Positions 11,835-23,769 of a stretch of DNA of 64,000 nt are shown here, in pieces (the first letter of the stretch is position 1; every line of letters starts with the position of its first letter). This DNA is from Octopus sinensis. Lineage: Eukaryota. The notes below the pieces were generated by a model. It was given only the letters and a program-made list of their open reading frames with translations. It did no database searches and was not told where the DNA came from. The stretch covers positions 21,948,001-22,012,000 of the forward strand of contig NC_043016.1 in assembly GCF_006345805.1 (NCBI RefSeq), written 5' to 3'. The translations under genes and the position numbers were made by a program.

Positions 11835-13484
11835 TCATCATCATTGTTTAATGTCCACTTTCCATGCTAGCATAGGTTCGACGATTTGACTGAGGTCTGG
11901 CAAACAAGATGGCTGCACCAGACTGCAATCTGATCTGTCAGAGTTACTACAGCTGGATGCCCTTTGTAACGCCAACCATCCCAAGAGTGTAGTGGGTACT
12001 TTTGTGTGCTACTGGCACAAGGGCCAGTCAGGCGGTACTGGCAACAGCTCAAATGGTTTGTTTTATGTGCCACCTGCACAGAACCCAGTCCAGTGGCACT
12101 GGCAACGACCTTGCTCAAATGTTTTTTTATGTGCCACTAGCACAAGTGCCAGTAAGGTGATGCAGGTAACAATCACACTCGAATAGTGTTTTTTACATGC
12201 CATCGGCACGGAGGCCAGCTTGTTACTCTGGCAATGATCACGCTCGTATGGTACTCTTAGTGCTCCACTAGCACGGATGCCAGTCATCGAATTTGATTTC
12301 GATTTCAATTTCACTTACCTCAGCAGGTCTTTGCAAGCAGAGTTTAATGTCCAATGAAGGAAAGGTACGCATAAGTGGGCAGGTTACACCCCTGGCATAG
12401 GCCACAATGTTATGGTCTCACTTGCGCTTGCTGAGTCTCTCAAGCACAGCATATTTCCAGTGGTCCCAGTCACTAGTCATTGCCTCAGTGAGGCCTCATG
12501 TTTGAAGGTCGTGCTTCACCAACTCATCCCCGGTCTTCCTGGGTCTACCTCTTCCACAGTTTCCCTCAACTGCTAGGGTGTGTCACTTTTTCACACAACT
12601 ATCTACATCCATGCTCGCCACATGCCCATACCAGCACAGTCGTCTCTCTTGCACACCACATCTGATGCTTCTTAGGTCCAACTTTTCTCTCAAGGCACTA
12701 ATACTCTGTCGAGTATGCACACTGACATTACACATCCATCAGAGCATACTGACTTCATTCCTTGCAAGCTTACACATGTCCTCAGCAGTCATGGCTCATG
12801 TTTCACTGCCATGTAGCATGGCTGTTCATACACATGCGTCATACAGTCTACCTTTTACTCTGAGTGAGAGGCCCTTTGTCACCAGCAGAGGTAACAGCTC
12901 TCTGAACTTAGCCCAGGCTCTTCTTATTCTAGCAGCTACACTTTCAGCACACCCTCCTCCACTACTGATTTGGCACCTAGGTAACAGAAGCTATCTAGTT
13001 TTTATCCCTGGAATGTGGTGGAAGTTGTTCTCTGCACATTTTCAGTGTTTATTGCTCCTAAGCATCTGCCACATACAAAAATTATCTTCCCAGTTAGCCT
13101 TCATTTGATATTTCGGCACCTCTTATGTGTCCATAGCTTACACTGGGTACATCTTATAGAGTTTCTAGCTACACCCTTTCTACAGATCATGCAGGGCCAT
13201 CTACCCAAAAGGATTTGTGGTTTGCCTTCCTACTTATTAGGACTTTGGTTTTAGGTTGATTCTAAGGCCCTTCAATTCTAATCCTTGTTTCTACACTTGA
13301 AACTTCTCCTCTAGTTCTAATAGTGACTCAGCAATTAGAGCAAGGTCGTCAGCATAGAGGAGCTCCCAGGGGCATCCTATCTTGAATTCCTCCGTTATTG
13401 CCTGGAGGACTATGATAAATAGGAAGGGGCTGAGGACTGAACCTTGGTGGACTCCTACCTCTACCCGGAATTCTTCACTGTACT

Positions 13485-13485
<1 letters not shown>
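11835..13485 (-). mobile_element. RTE LINE (PHD-containing family), 5'-truncated
   Basis: Homologous to 6712-8300: GVHQGSVLSP, LLYADDL, PHD segment, 3' UTR, (GAT)n tail. Confidence 0.9.
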
Positions 13486-13525
<40 letters not shown>

Positions 13526-13529
13526 CTTT

Positions 13530-13690
13530 TGTCATGACTGTGTGGTAAGTAGCTTGCTTCTCAACTATATGGATCCAGGTTCAGTCCCACTGCATGGCAC
13601 CTTGAGCAAGTGTTGTTTACTATGACCTCGGGCTGACCAAAGCCTTGTGAATGGATTTGGTTGACAGAAACTGAAAGAAGTACTATTTCT
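13530..13690 (+). mobile_element. SINE family 2, 5' part (tRNA head plus CORE-like segment)
   Basis: gtgtggtaagtagcttgc...ggttcagtcccactgcatggcaccttgagcaagtg matches 57926-58100. Confidence 0.8.
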
Positions 13691-13699
13691 AACACTTCT

Positions 13700-14200
13700 G
13701 TCGCCTTTCTCAACGTTTTGGTCAACACACACAACTCTGCTCTCACTACCTCCATCCACAATAAACACACCAACTCACTCACACTCATACCTCAACATCT
13801 CCTCCCACCCTACCCACACCAAGCTCTCCCCCCCATCCTCAGCTCCTCTGTCTATGTAGACTTGAGTCTCAATCTCAACTCATGGCTTGCCACTTCATCC
13901 TTTGTGGATATCCCCTCACCACTATCCACATTCTGTGGACTGTGACTCTGCTCTCTCTTCCCAAACCCACCCCGCCATTGTCTTCTCCTGCTTCCCCTCA
14001 ACCTTCCACTCTACCCCACCTGTGCACCATTCTCCGAGCCTTCCGGCAACTTCAGTCCAACCCCTCCACGTTGCACATCTTCCCCAACCAACCTCCTTCA
14101 AATGAGCCCACAACCTATGTGATTTGGTCCACAGTTTCTTCCCTAACCCCACATCCCAACCTGGCTCATTCAACTTCATCCCCTCCCCCAAAATTTTGGG
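13700..14200 (+). mobile_element. Highly degenerate Penelope-like RT thumb remnant
   Basis: HFILCGYP...LRAFRQLQSNPSTLHIFPNQPP resembles the PLE thumb pattern F..RGYP...F..LQ.DP....IFP.PP. Confidence 0.4.
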
Positions 14201-14254
14201 CTTTGTGCCTAGAGGAAAAAAAATTTAATTATGTACCACCAATATATATTTCTT

Positions 14255-14478
14255 TACTACCCACAAGGGGCTAAACACAGAGGGAACAAACAAGGACAGA
14301 CAAAGGGATTAAGTCGACTACATCTACCCCAGTGCGTAACTGGTACTTATTTAATCAACCCTGAAAGGATGAAAGGCAAAGTCAACCTCGGCGGAATTTG
14401 AACTCGGAACGTAACGACAGACGAAATACGGCTACAAATTTCGTCCGGCATGCTAACGTTTCTACCAGCTCGCCGCCT
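14255..14478 (-). mobile_element. tRNA-derived SINE (family 3)
   Basis: Minus: ggcggcgagctggtagaaacgttagc...gagttcaaattcc (B box)...gttgactttgcctttcatcctttc...aagtaccag; a related decayed copy lies at ~50760-50935. Confidence 0.8.
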
Positions 14479-15567
14479 TTATAATTTAAACTAACTTGTA
14501 TATTTGATTCCCCCATCTTCATTGATAATGAACCCCACTCCACAGCTATCCAATCATTGTATCTTCCTATTTAGTTTATTAATTTTATTTAATTAACTAT
14601 TACTTATTTATTTATATCTTTATTTATTTATTTATTTACCTTGCTTACTTATTTAACAATTATACGCAGTTATATTTATTATTTTAAACTTTTATAGACC
14701 CTATAAGCACATTTTATCCACATTATACCATGTACCCATCTCACAGTAGAGTAATTAAAATTAATATTCTCTTGATTTACTTATTTATTATTTATTTACT
14801 ATTTATTAGTTATTTATTTATCCATCAAACTATTTACTTATTGAGCTAAAATATATACATATAAATATTAATCTTATATAAATATTAATCTTATTAATGT
14901 TATTCACTTATAATGTTTAATTCATTTTAATTTAATTCCACTATATTACCACCTTTACTTACCTCCCTTTGACCGAAAATTATTTCCATATATTGAACAA
15001 TAGATATAAACCAAAATTAGTGCTTGTTAATAAGTTTATTATCAACCTTTTTATTTAATTATTCATATTAATACCAAACAATAGTTCAATCGTAAATATG
15101 GCATTTTATCCCACAAACTACAACTTAACTATCATTATTTTACATTATATAACTTTCCTCCGTTATTCTTCTGTTCGCCCCCCACTCTTGTTAATTATTT
15201 TTCTCTCCACACTAAATTCTTATTTCCGGTATCGAAGCAAACCTTATCAAAAGTAATTATTTGTAAATTCTGACATATTGACCCTTTTTATACCTTTATT
15301 TGAAAACTTTGTTGTACTCCTTCCTTATTTTATAATTTCCACCTAAATTATTTTCCTCTTCACCACTCTTACGTCACTTCCCCTCCATTCGACATCGTCC
15401 TATTTTCATTACATAACCTTATTTCATAGAATGTTGTTATTTGAAAAATTTGACCGATGGATTTTTGTTTATGTTTTCATTTTTCATTCGATCAATTCAG
15501 TATAAATTTTAGCAGTGTCTATTAGGCACTGACGTCAGATTTTTCTACTTTCACTTCTGACAACTAA

Positions 15568-15615
15568 AGGCATGACAGTGCCCTGTTGGGGCACTGTCAT
15601 GCCTATGACAGTGCC
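15568..15615. other. Perfect 16-bp hairpin plus a third arm copy (A-A'-A)
   Basis: aggcatgacagtgccc-tgttg-gggcactgtcatgcct followed by atgacagtgcc. Confidence 0.85.
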
Positions 15616-15949
15616 TGTTAGTCTCTCCTATATTACAAATATGTACATATATTAAGTATATTTTTACTTATTTATTTGTTTGCTTACTCGTTGCCGTATT
15701 TATTTAATATTTCATTCTTTCTCCATTAAACACTATACTTCTAAGCGTGACTTTATATAATATATAATGCCTTATTTTTAGCATTAAATTTATATACTCC
15801 TAAGTCCTTATATGTTCTAGGTTACTATAGACTTTATATATTAATTTCACACAAATATTTTAGTACGTTTTTGGATTTGGTTTGCAAGATTCTTTGTATG
15901 AGTTCGTGTGTTGAAGCATATTCTGTTGTGTCTGGGGAGAGTCATCAAC

Positions 15950-16480
15950 AACAACAACAAATACACCTCTGGAATATATGGTGCAGTACAGCTAGATTCA
16001 GATGAAATGCATGCTTAGAGTTACCACCAAAATTTCTCTACATATAAAAAGGTCAGAAAAATTGATTGTCTGAAATTGAAAAAACGTTCTTAAAATTAAG
16101 ATGGAGGTTAGAACAATACAACAACAACACAAACATACGAAACCAAAACAACAACAATAACAATAGCAGTGTTGATGACAACAATAGTGGCAATAACAAC
16201 AACAACAACCACAACATTCCTCACTCAGAGCACCATAACAACAGCAACAACACAAGCATACGAAACAGAAACAACCATTATAATAACAACGTTAACGATG
16301 GCAACAGCAACAATAACAACATCACACACATATAACGATAACAACCACATCATTCACACCACTACCAACAACAATAACAATAGGCACAACACAAACACTA
16401 CCACCAACAACAACAATACCAGCAACTATAACAACAACCACAACCATAATAACACTCTACACTCTGTCTTCTATAACCCT
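15950..16480 (+). repeat. Degenerate (AAC)n microsatellite
   Basis: AAC/AAT-rich tract; the source of the poly-N, poly-T and poly-C ORFs. Confidence 0.85.
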
Positions 16481-16489
16481 AACAACAAA

Positions 16490-19210
16490 TATTATGACAT
16501 GACGAGAATCTACCCAACAGACTTACCCTTTAGCAAAAGGGTATGTATCCCACCCCAAATTGACAATGAAACAAGCAAAGATCTCCTTAGCTAGAAATAG
16601 ACTCCGACATATCTTAGACTGATACAACAAATCCACTAAAAAACATAGTGAGGAGGGGACCCACCAACTCAGCTCATCTGTTGACAAAGGCCTACAAAAA
16701 GTGAAACAACGAATTAGAAACAGAGAATTAGTGTGGCTCCCTACGGACAAGTCTGGCAGACTATCAGTAGACAGCCCACAGAACTATGTCCAGACCATGC
16801 AACAACACATCAGTATCATGAGAGAAGTTACACCACAGGAACATGAAAGAGTGGAAAAACTCCTCAATGCACACAAGGGAATGTGATGCAACGTACTCCA
16901 ACCTATAAAAAGGACGGCACACAATTTCCAAGCATCCAACAAAGATGTTCCTACACTATACGGGTTACACAAAGACCACAAACCCTACATAAACCCTGTC
17001 GAGGGGCCCCCAACCAAACAAGTTTGCAGAGCGAACATCTCCAGCAACTATAGACTGTCCTACTTCCTCTCACAGGTATTGCGACATCTCATAGAGATGT
17101 CTGTGTGTGTACGGAAGATCTCAGTAAAATCAGTACTTGCAACCACACCAACGACCTCACAGGTTGTATAGTGAGTAGTATGGATGTAATTTCACTCTAC
17201 CCATTTATATATATATAGATTTTGCTGTAGAGAAATGCATTCAAGTAATCTGTGAAAGTGAAGTGGAATTCCGTAAGGTCAACACTAGAGAATTGGGCCT
17301 CCTCCTCAGACTATGCTATGACAGTAACTATGTAGATGACCATGACCTTAGTAGATTTTGCCCCACCAGGTCACAGAGGGGAAGACCACCCACCATCACT
17401 TAAGCAGTGAAGGAAAGCACCACAGAGCTCTGGAGTGGCTGGACCGCACCCACCCAAAACCCTGAGAACAACAATCAGATGAAAAAAATGATTGCATATG
17501 CAATAGGGGCCAGCGTAAAAACCACCTTGAAAAACCACATAGTAAAGATTAACAAAAAACTATACATGCAGGTTCAAGGTGCAGCCATCAGTGTAGATAT
17601 AGCTGCAGATGTGGCTGGCCTCTTCATGACCTTGTGGGACAGAAAACTTAAACAAATGTTAGCAGAACAGTCCACAACTCTTCTACTCTGCAGTAGATAT
17701 GTAAACGACATTAATATCATAGTTAGAACCAACTCTAGTGACGGTAATATAGAAACTGAGAAGAATGTAATGGAGAACATCCAGCAAATAGCAAACTCCA
17801 TCCACCAAAGTATCAGGGTAACTATAGATTACCCCACCAAGCACCCCAATAACAGAGTCCCTGTACTTGATACTGAACTTTGGTTAGAGACTGTGAACAA
17901 TAGAGTGCAGCTCCTCCACTCCTATTACATGAAACCTATAGCTTCAAAATATGTTGTTCACAAGAACTCAGTTTTGTTACACAACATGAAAATTAATATA
18001 CTGATAGCAGATTTAGAATAATGAACAATGTGTCCCCACTATGCGAACCCTACGAAATAAAAAAAATATAAACAGAACTTCATGCACCGCATGCAGTTCT
18101 CTGGATATGATCAGAAAGATAGGGTTTGAGTATACAAGGGGGCTAGAAAGAAATTAGACAACATTATACGTAATGATATCAGTGGTACCTGCCCTAGATA
18201 TAGAAACAAAGAATGGAATAGGATACAAAGAACTTGTGACAAAGCAAACAGGGTGAACATGAGGTATAAAACCAACAAATATCAAGGAGTGATGTTTGTA
18301 GAGGCCACAGCCCATGGAGAACTAACCCGTAGATTTAGAAAAGCTTTGAAGGAGACCAAACTCAACATTAAAATTGTTGAAAAGCCAGGGAACTGTCAGA
18401 TCACAACTATGTAGGACGTACCCCTTTGAGAATACCATATGCACCAATAACTGCATGGTATGTAGGATTAACCCTGGCATTAACTGTAGAACTCGAAATG
18501 CATAAAAGGTGCTTGTAAAGACACGAACATGACATACATAAGGGAGACATCTAGGAGCATTGCGGAACAAATAAACGAACATCTGAGACAATATGATGAC
18601 AAAAACAGTCTTCCATACTCTACCAGCATGGAGGCAACTTGGGTCAACTTGACATCCGCATCTTATCCAAGCACCCAAAAGACACAACACTCAGACAAAT
18701 ACGGGAGTACGTCCTTATAAATGAAACCTCCCCAATACTAAATAGGAAATATACATAGTAAATATAATACCTCCATACCCACAGTTTACACAGGTAGAGT
18801 AGAATAGTTAGTGGACTGTTAGGTAGATAAATGTATGTATGTGGGTGTGAGTGTGTGTGTGTATGCACCATTTTTTTTTTATGTAAGCATATGGATATGA
18901 AAATAAACAGGTCAACATACAGACAGATAGGTACATAGTTTATAAGAACAGACAAGCACACATACGCAAATGGAGACTCGCACACATGACCATATATACA
19001 CACACATGGAGACATGGATCCACACATATACAGATGCACATCCATCCATACATACAAACATGGTACATAGTTGCATAACACACACACAGACATGCACACA
19101 CAAGGAGACGTGCATACATATACAAACACATGCTTACACACACACATAGAAAATACACAAACATGGACATGCAAGCACATGAATATACAGGATACATGAA
19201 ATATTTCTTC
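16490..19210 (+). mobile_element. Penelope-like element, near-complete decayed ORF (RT + C-terminal GIY-YIG) with CA-rich 3' region
   Basis: TDKSG, SMDVISLYP, YMQVQGAAIS, RYVNDI, VPVLD, C-x-rich linker, TYIRETSRS..EH; second copy at 33200-35141. Confidence 0.85.
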
Positions 19211-19305
19211 AAGGTGGCGCCCCAGCATGGCCACAGTCAAAGGACTGAAACAAGAGAAAGATAAGATATGTATGTATATACACATGTATGTGTATGTATG
19301 TATAT

Positions 19306-19735
19306 CACTTCACTTCGACCGACCAGTCCGTCAGGCGTCCATTTGACACCGCTGGTCACAGCACGCTGTCCACTCCTCTCTGGATTGTGCCTTTCTCATC
19401 CACGTGATCCCAATCGTCCTCCTGAAATCGTCACTCCACCGTCGTGGAGGTCTTCCGGGTGGTCTTTTCCGCTCACGCGGGTACCACTCGACAACTGTGT
19501 GCGTCCACCGATTATCGGTGAGCCGGGCAACGTGTCCAGCCCATCTATACTTGCTGCGTGTATACTCTGCGATGACATCTCTCACGCCGGACTTCTTTCT
19601 GATGATCTTGCTACTTATGTGCTCTCTCAACGAGATACCAAGCATTGACCTTTCCATGGCTCTTTGAGCCGTTACCAGTCTTTGCTCTTCTCTCTTTGTG
19701 GTAGCCCATGTTTCATGGTTGCATGTATGTATATA
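19306..19735 (-). mobile_element. RTE-clade LINE 3' end (same family as 5813-6432)
   Basis: Open frame QRAMERSMLGISLREH...KYRWAGHVARLTDNRWT...RPPGRPPRRW with an aagtg-type tail. Confidence 0.9.
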
Positions 19736-21900
19736 GGCCTGGAAAAGTCCCAGGCCCATCAGGAATTACTGCAGTGTCAGCTACAGCCTAGTTACCCATA
19801 TAGTTAACCAGGTGATACACGAAGGAGTTATACCCAATGACTGGTGTAGCAGCATAATAGTTAACTGCTACAAAGGTATAGAGTGACTCTCTAAATACAA
19901 ATAATTACAGAGGTATCAAGCTGTTGGATCAGATAATCAAGGTTACAGAGAGGGTCATAGCCCAACTTAGGGAGAGAGTCAACTGGGATGAGATGCAGTT
20001 TGGTTTCGTGCCAGGGAAAAGCACCACTGATGCTATATTTCTGGTAAGACAGCTGCAGGAGAAATACCTAGCCAAAGATAAGCCCCTGTACCTGGCTTTC
20101 GAGGAAACTAGGGATAGATGAATGGTTAGTGAGAGCTGTGCAAGCCATGTACAGGGACGCTGTAAGTAAGGTAAGGGTTGGCAACGAGTACACTGAAGAA
20201 TTCAAGGTAGAGGTAGGGGTCCACCAGGGTTCAGTCCTCAGCCCCCTCTTATTTATCATAGTCCTCCAGGCAATAACGGAGGAATTCAAGACAGGATGCC
20301 CCTGGGAGCTCCTCTATGCTGATGACCTTCCCCTAATCGCTGGGTCGCTATCAGAACTAGAAGAGAAGTTTCAAGAGTGGAAACAAGGATTAGAATCGAA
20401 GGGCCTTAGAATCAACCTAGCTAAAACCAAAGTCCTAATAAGTAGGAAGGCAGGCAAACCACAAATCCCTTCAAGTAGATGGCCCTGCTCGATCTGTAGT
20501 AGAGGTGTAGGTACAAAACTCTATAAGATGTACCCAGTGTAAGCTATGGATACACAAGAGGCGCAACAATATCAAAAGAAGACTTACTGGGAAGATAGTT
20601 TTTGTATGTGGCAGATGCTCAAGAGCAATAAACACTGAAAATGCGCAGAGAACAACTTCCGCCACATTCCAGGAAGAAAAACTAGAAGTAGTTGATAGCT
20701 TCTGTTATCTAGGTGACCAAATCAGTAGTGGAGGAGGGTGCGCTGAAAGTGTAGCTGCTAGAATACGAATAGTCTGGGCTAAGTTCAGAGAGCTCTTACC
20801 TCTGCTGGTGACAAAGGGCCTCGCACTCAGAGTAAAAGGTAGACTGTTTGATGCATGTGTACGAATAGCCATGCTACATGGCAGTGAAACATGGGCCGTG
20901 ACTGCTGAGGACATGCGTAAGCTCACAAGGAATGAAGCCAGTATGCTCCGATGGATGTGTAATGTCAGTGTGCATACTCGACAGAGTGTTAGTACCTTGA
21001 GAGAAAAGTTGGACCTAAGAAGCATTAGATGTGGTGTACAAGAGAGACGACTGCGTTGGCATGGTCATGTGGTGAGAATGGATGAGGATAGCTGTGTGAA
21101 AAAGTGCCACACCCTAGCCATTGAGGGGAACCTGTGGAAGAGGTAGACCCAGGAAGACCTGGAATGAAGTGGTGAAGCACGACCTTTGAACATTCACCAA
21201 GGAAATGACAAGCGACCGAGACCTTTGGAAATATGCTGTGCTCGAGAAGACCCGGCAAGCCAGATGAAACCATAACCCGTGGCCTATACCAGGAGCATAA
21301 CCGGCCCGCTTATGTGTAGCTTTTCCTTCTTTGGTCACTAAACTTTGCCTGTGAAGACCTGTTGTGGCAAGTGAAATCAAAATCAAAACCATTTCGATGA
21401 CTGGCATCAGTGCTAGCGGGGTGCAAAGAGCACCATACGAGTGTGATCGTTGACAGAGAGGCTATTCGAGTATGATCATTACCAGCATCGCCTTACTGGC
21501 ACTTATGCCTGTGCTAGTAGGGTGCCAAGAACACCATCCGAGCATGATCGTTGCCAGAGCAGCCAACTGGCTTCCGTACCCGTGGCACGTAAAAGGGCAC
21601 CATTTCAAGCGTGATTGTTACCAATGTCGCTTCACTGGCACCTGTGTTGGTGGCACGTGTAAAAGATTTAAGTGATGTCATTGCCAGTACCACCTGACTG
21701 GGCCCCATGCAGGTGGCACATAAAAAGCACCCACTACTTTCTTGTAGTGGTTGGCGTTAGGAAGGGCATCCAGATGTAGAAACTCTGCCAGATCAAGACT
21801 GGAGCCTGGTGCAGCCATCTGGTTGCCAGACCTCAGTCAAAACTGTCCAACCCATGCTAGCATGGAAAACGGACGTTAAACGATGATGATGATGATGATA
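19736..21900 (+). mobile_element. RTE LINE (PHD-containing family), 5'-truncated
   Basis: MQFGFVPGKSTTDAIF, GVHQGSVLSPLLF, LLYADDL, WPCSIC, AMLHGSETW, 3' UTR, (GAT)n tail. Confidence 0.9.
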
Positions 21901-22390
21901 GGCATATATACATAGATTTACATGTAGGAGTGTATGTGTGAGCCTGTGTGTGTGTATGTATCCGACCAATGAATACTAAAGGTCAGCTAAAGAAATTCAC
22001 ATGTGTAGCCAACCATGAAGAACAGATCAGCGATACAATCAAATGAAATACCAATCCCATTCAAATGCTAGCCAGTACCAAAATAGCCATCTACTACCAT
22101 TCATAGCAGTCCTCCAAATGCACTCTGGAGCACACACCATAAGCCTCTCAGCTGCCACTAAATTCAAACGATGGACAGAAGGGATGGCCTTGAAGTTGAC
22201 AATTTTAAACAGACAACACTTGCAAATCACCTGAAGAAGCACAGCTAGATCTCATTGTGCAAACAAACTGTTGCATAATCAAATACTTGCATCAAAACAA
22301 TTGTAGCAATTAAAAATTAACTGTCCAACCGTACTCCTTGACTCCAATTTCTTGAATTATACATATGTATGTGTATATATATATATATAT

Positions 22391-23445
22391 GAAATGGGAC
22401 AAGAACGCAAAACATCCAGATAGACGATACAAAGAAAACAAGGATGGGTCATTTGGAGTTTTCTTTCTTCAGTCAAGTTCCAGATTATCTTTGCAATTTC
22501 GGCTGGTTATACTTGAGATTGCTCCAATCTGGCCAGCCTAAAAGAAAACTAAGCTAAGAGCATTAGATTCCTTGGAAGAAAGCAGTGAATGTATACAAAA
22601 ACAAGGATGGAAAAAAATGGACAATGTTACACAAATACAATAAAAATAATAACAGCAGGTGTCTTTCAACTAAGGACGAATTAAATTAAGCTGGCATGTG
22701 TCGAAATGAAGCCTTATGGCAGGGATACAAGATTTCACAGAAAGAGGAATATCGATGTTGCACAGACAACAGCCAGACCAAGAAAGAAAGATCAGGTTTG
22801 GCCACATGGGAAGAGAAGAGAGAGGAGCAGAGGGACAGAAGAATTAAGGAGGGGAGAGAAAAAATGACGGATACATTGAAGTGAAAAGTGGAGGAAAAGT
22901 GAGCAAGAGAAAGCAAAGAAATGTGAGAGAGGAGGAATGAAAGAATGAAGTGTGGAATGAATGAATAAGCGTGAAAGGGCTGATAGACAGAGAAAGAGCT
23001 GTACAAGATTTAGAAAAATGTATACTTACATATATGAGACCAAAGTGCACGTACACCGCTATATATATATATATATATTATATATATATATATATATAAA
23101 ATACAAAATGGGACAAGAACGCAAAACATCCAGACAGGTGATGCAAAAAAGGGACAACAAAACATCCAGATAGACGATAAAAAGAAAACAAGGACAGGTC
23201 ATTTGGAGTTTTCTTTCCTCAGTCGAGTTCCAGATTATCTTTGCAATTTCGGCTGGTTATACTCGAAATTGCTCCAATCTGGCCAGCCCGAAGGAAAAAC
23301 TAAGCTAAGAGCATTAGATTTCTTAGGAGAAAGCAGCAAATGTATACAAAACACAAGGATGGAAAAAAAGGGACAATGTTACACAAATACAATAAATATA
23401 ATAACAGGACATAACCACAGGTGTCTTTCAACTAAGGATGAATAA
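22391..23445. repeat. Two ~300-bp direct repeats (22391-22690 and 23106-23445) around a purine-rich spacer
   Basis: aaatgggacaagaacgcaaaacatccaga...ggtgtctttcaactaagga occurs twice; a related copy starts at ~27400. Confidence 0.85.
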
Positions 23446-23769
23446 TAGAAATATAGAAATATATAAAAAGAGCAAAAATACTGGAGATTCAGTATACACC
23501 ATGTGGCAAAATTAAGAGTTGAAAACATAAAAAGTAGAAGAGAAAGGGACATTGTGAAGTAATCAATTCTTGTGACAAAGGGGTCTTGCCATTTTGGATG
23601 CTTGAAAAATAAGACTGGGTCTAGAGAGTGGACCAAGGGAGGTAACAGGTGGCAAGGGGGACAACAAACTCCTCAGTATAATATTTAAAGTAGTCAAGTT
23701 TGTATATTAAGGTGTGGTCTGTACTTTTGTATGAACAGGTTTTCCTTGTTTAGGCGTTCTTGTAAGGAG

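Noticed and set aside
15998-16594. Poly-Asn, poly-Thr and poly-Cys ORFs
   Set aside because: (AAC)n microsatellite read in different frames; no splice or domain support.
16884-16886. In-frame TGA in the PLE ORF as possible selenocysteine (as in some Naiad PLEs)
   Set aside because: It falls where Trp is plausible (TGG>TGA), the copy has other stops and frameshifts, and I could not identify a SECIS element.
22440-22480. CTGA(A/G)GA hammerhead-like core on the minus strand (also ~23200-23230 and ~27450-27480)
   Set aside because: No intact GAAA element and no recoverable stem I pairing; it may be a decayed motif but cannot be supported.
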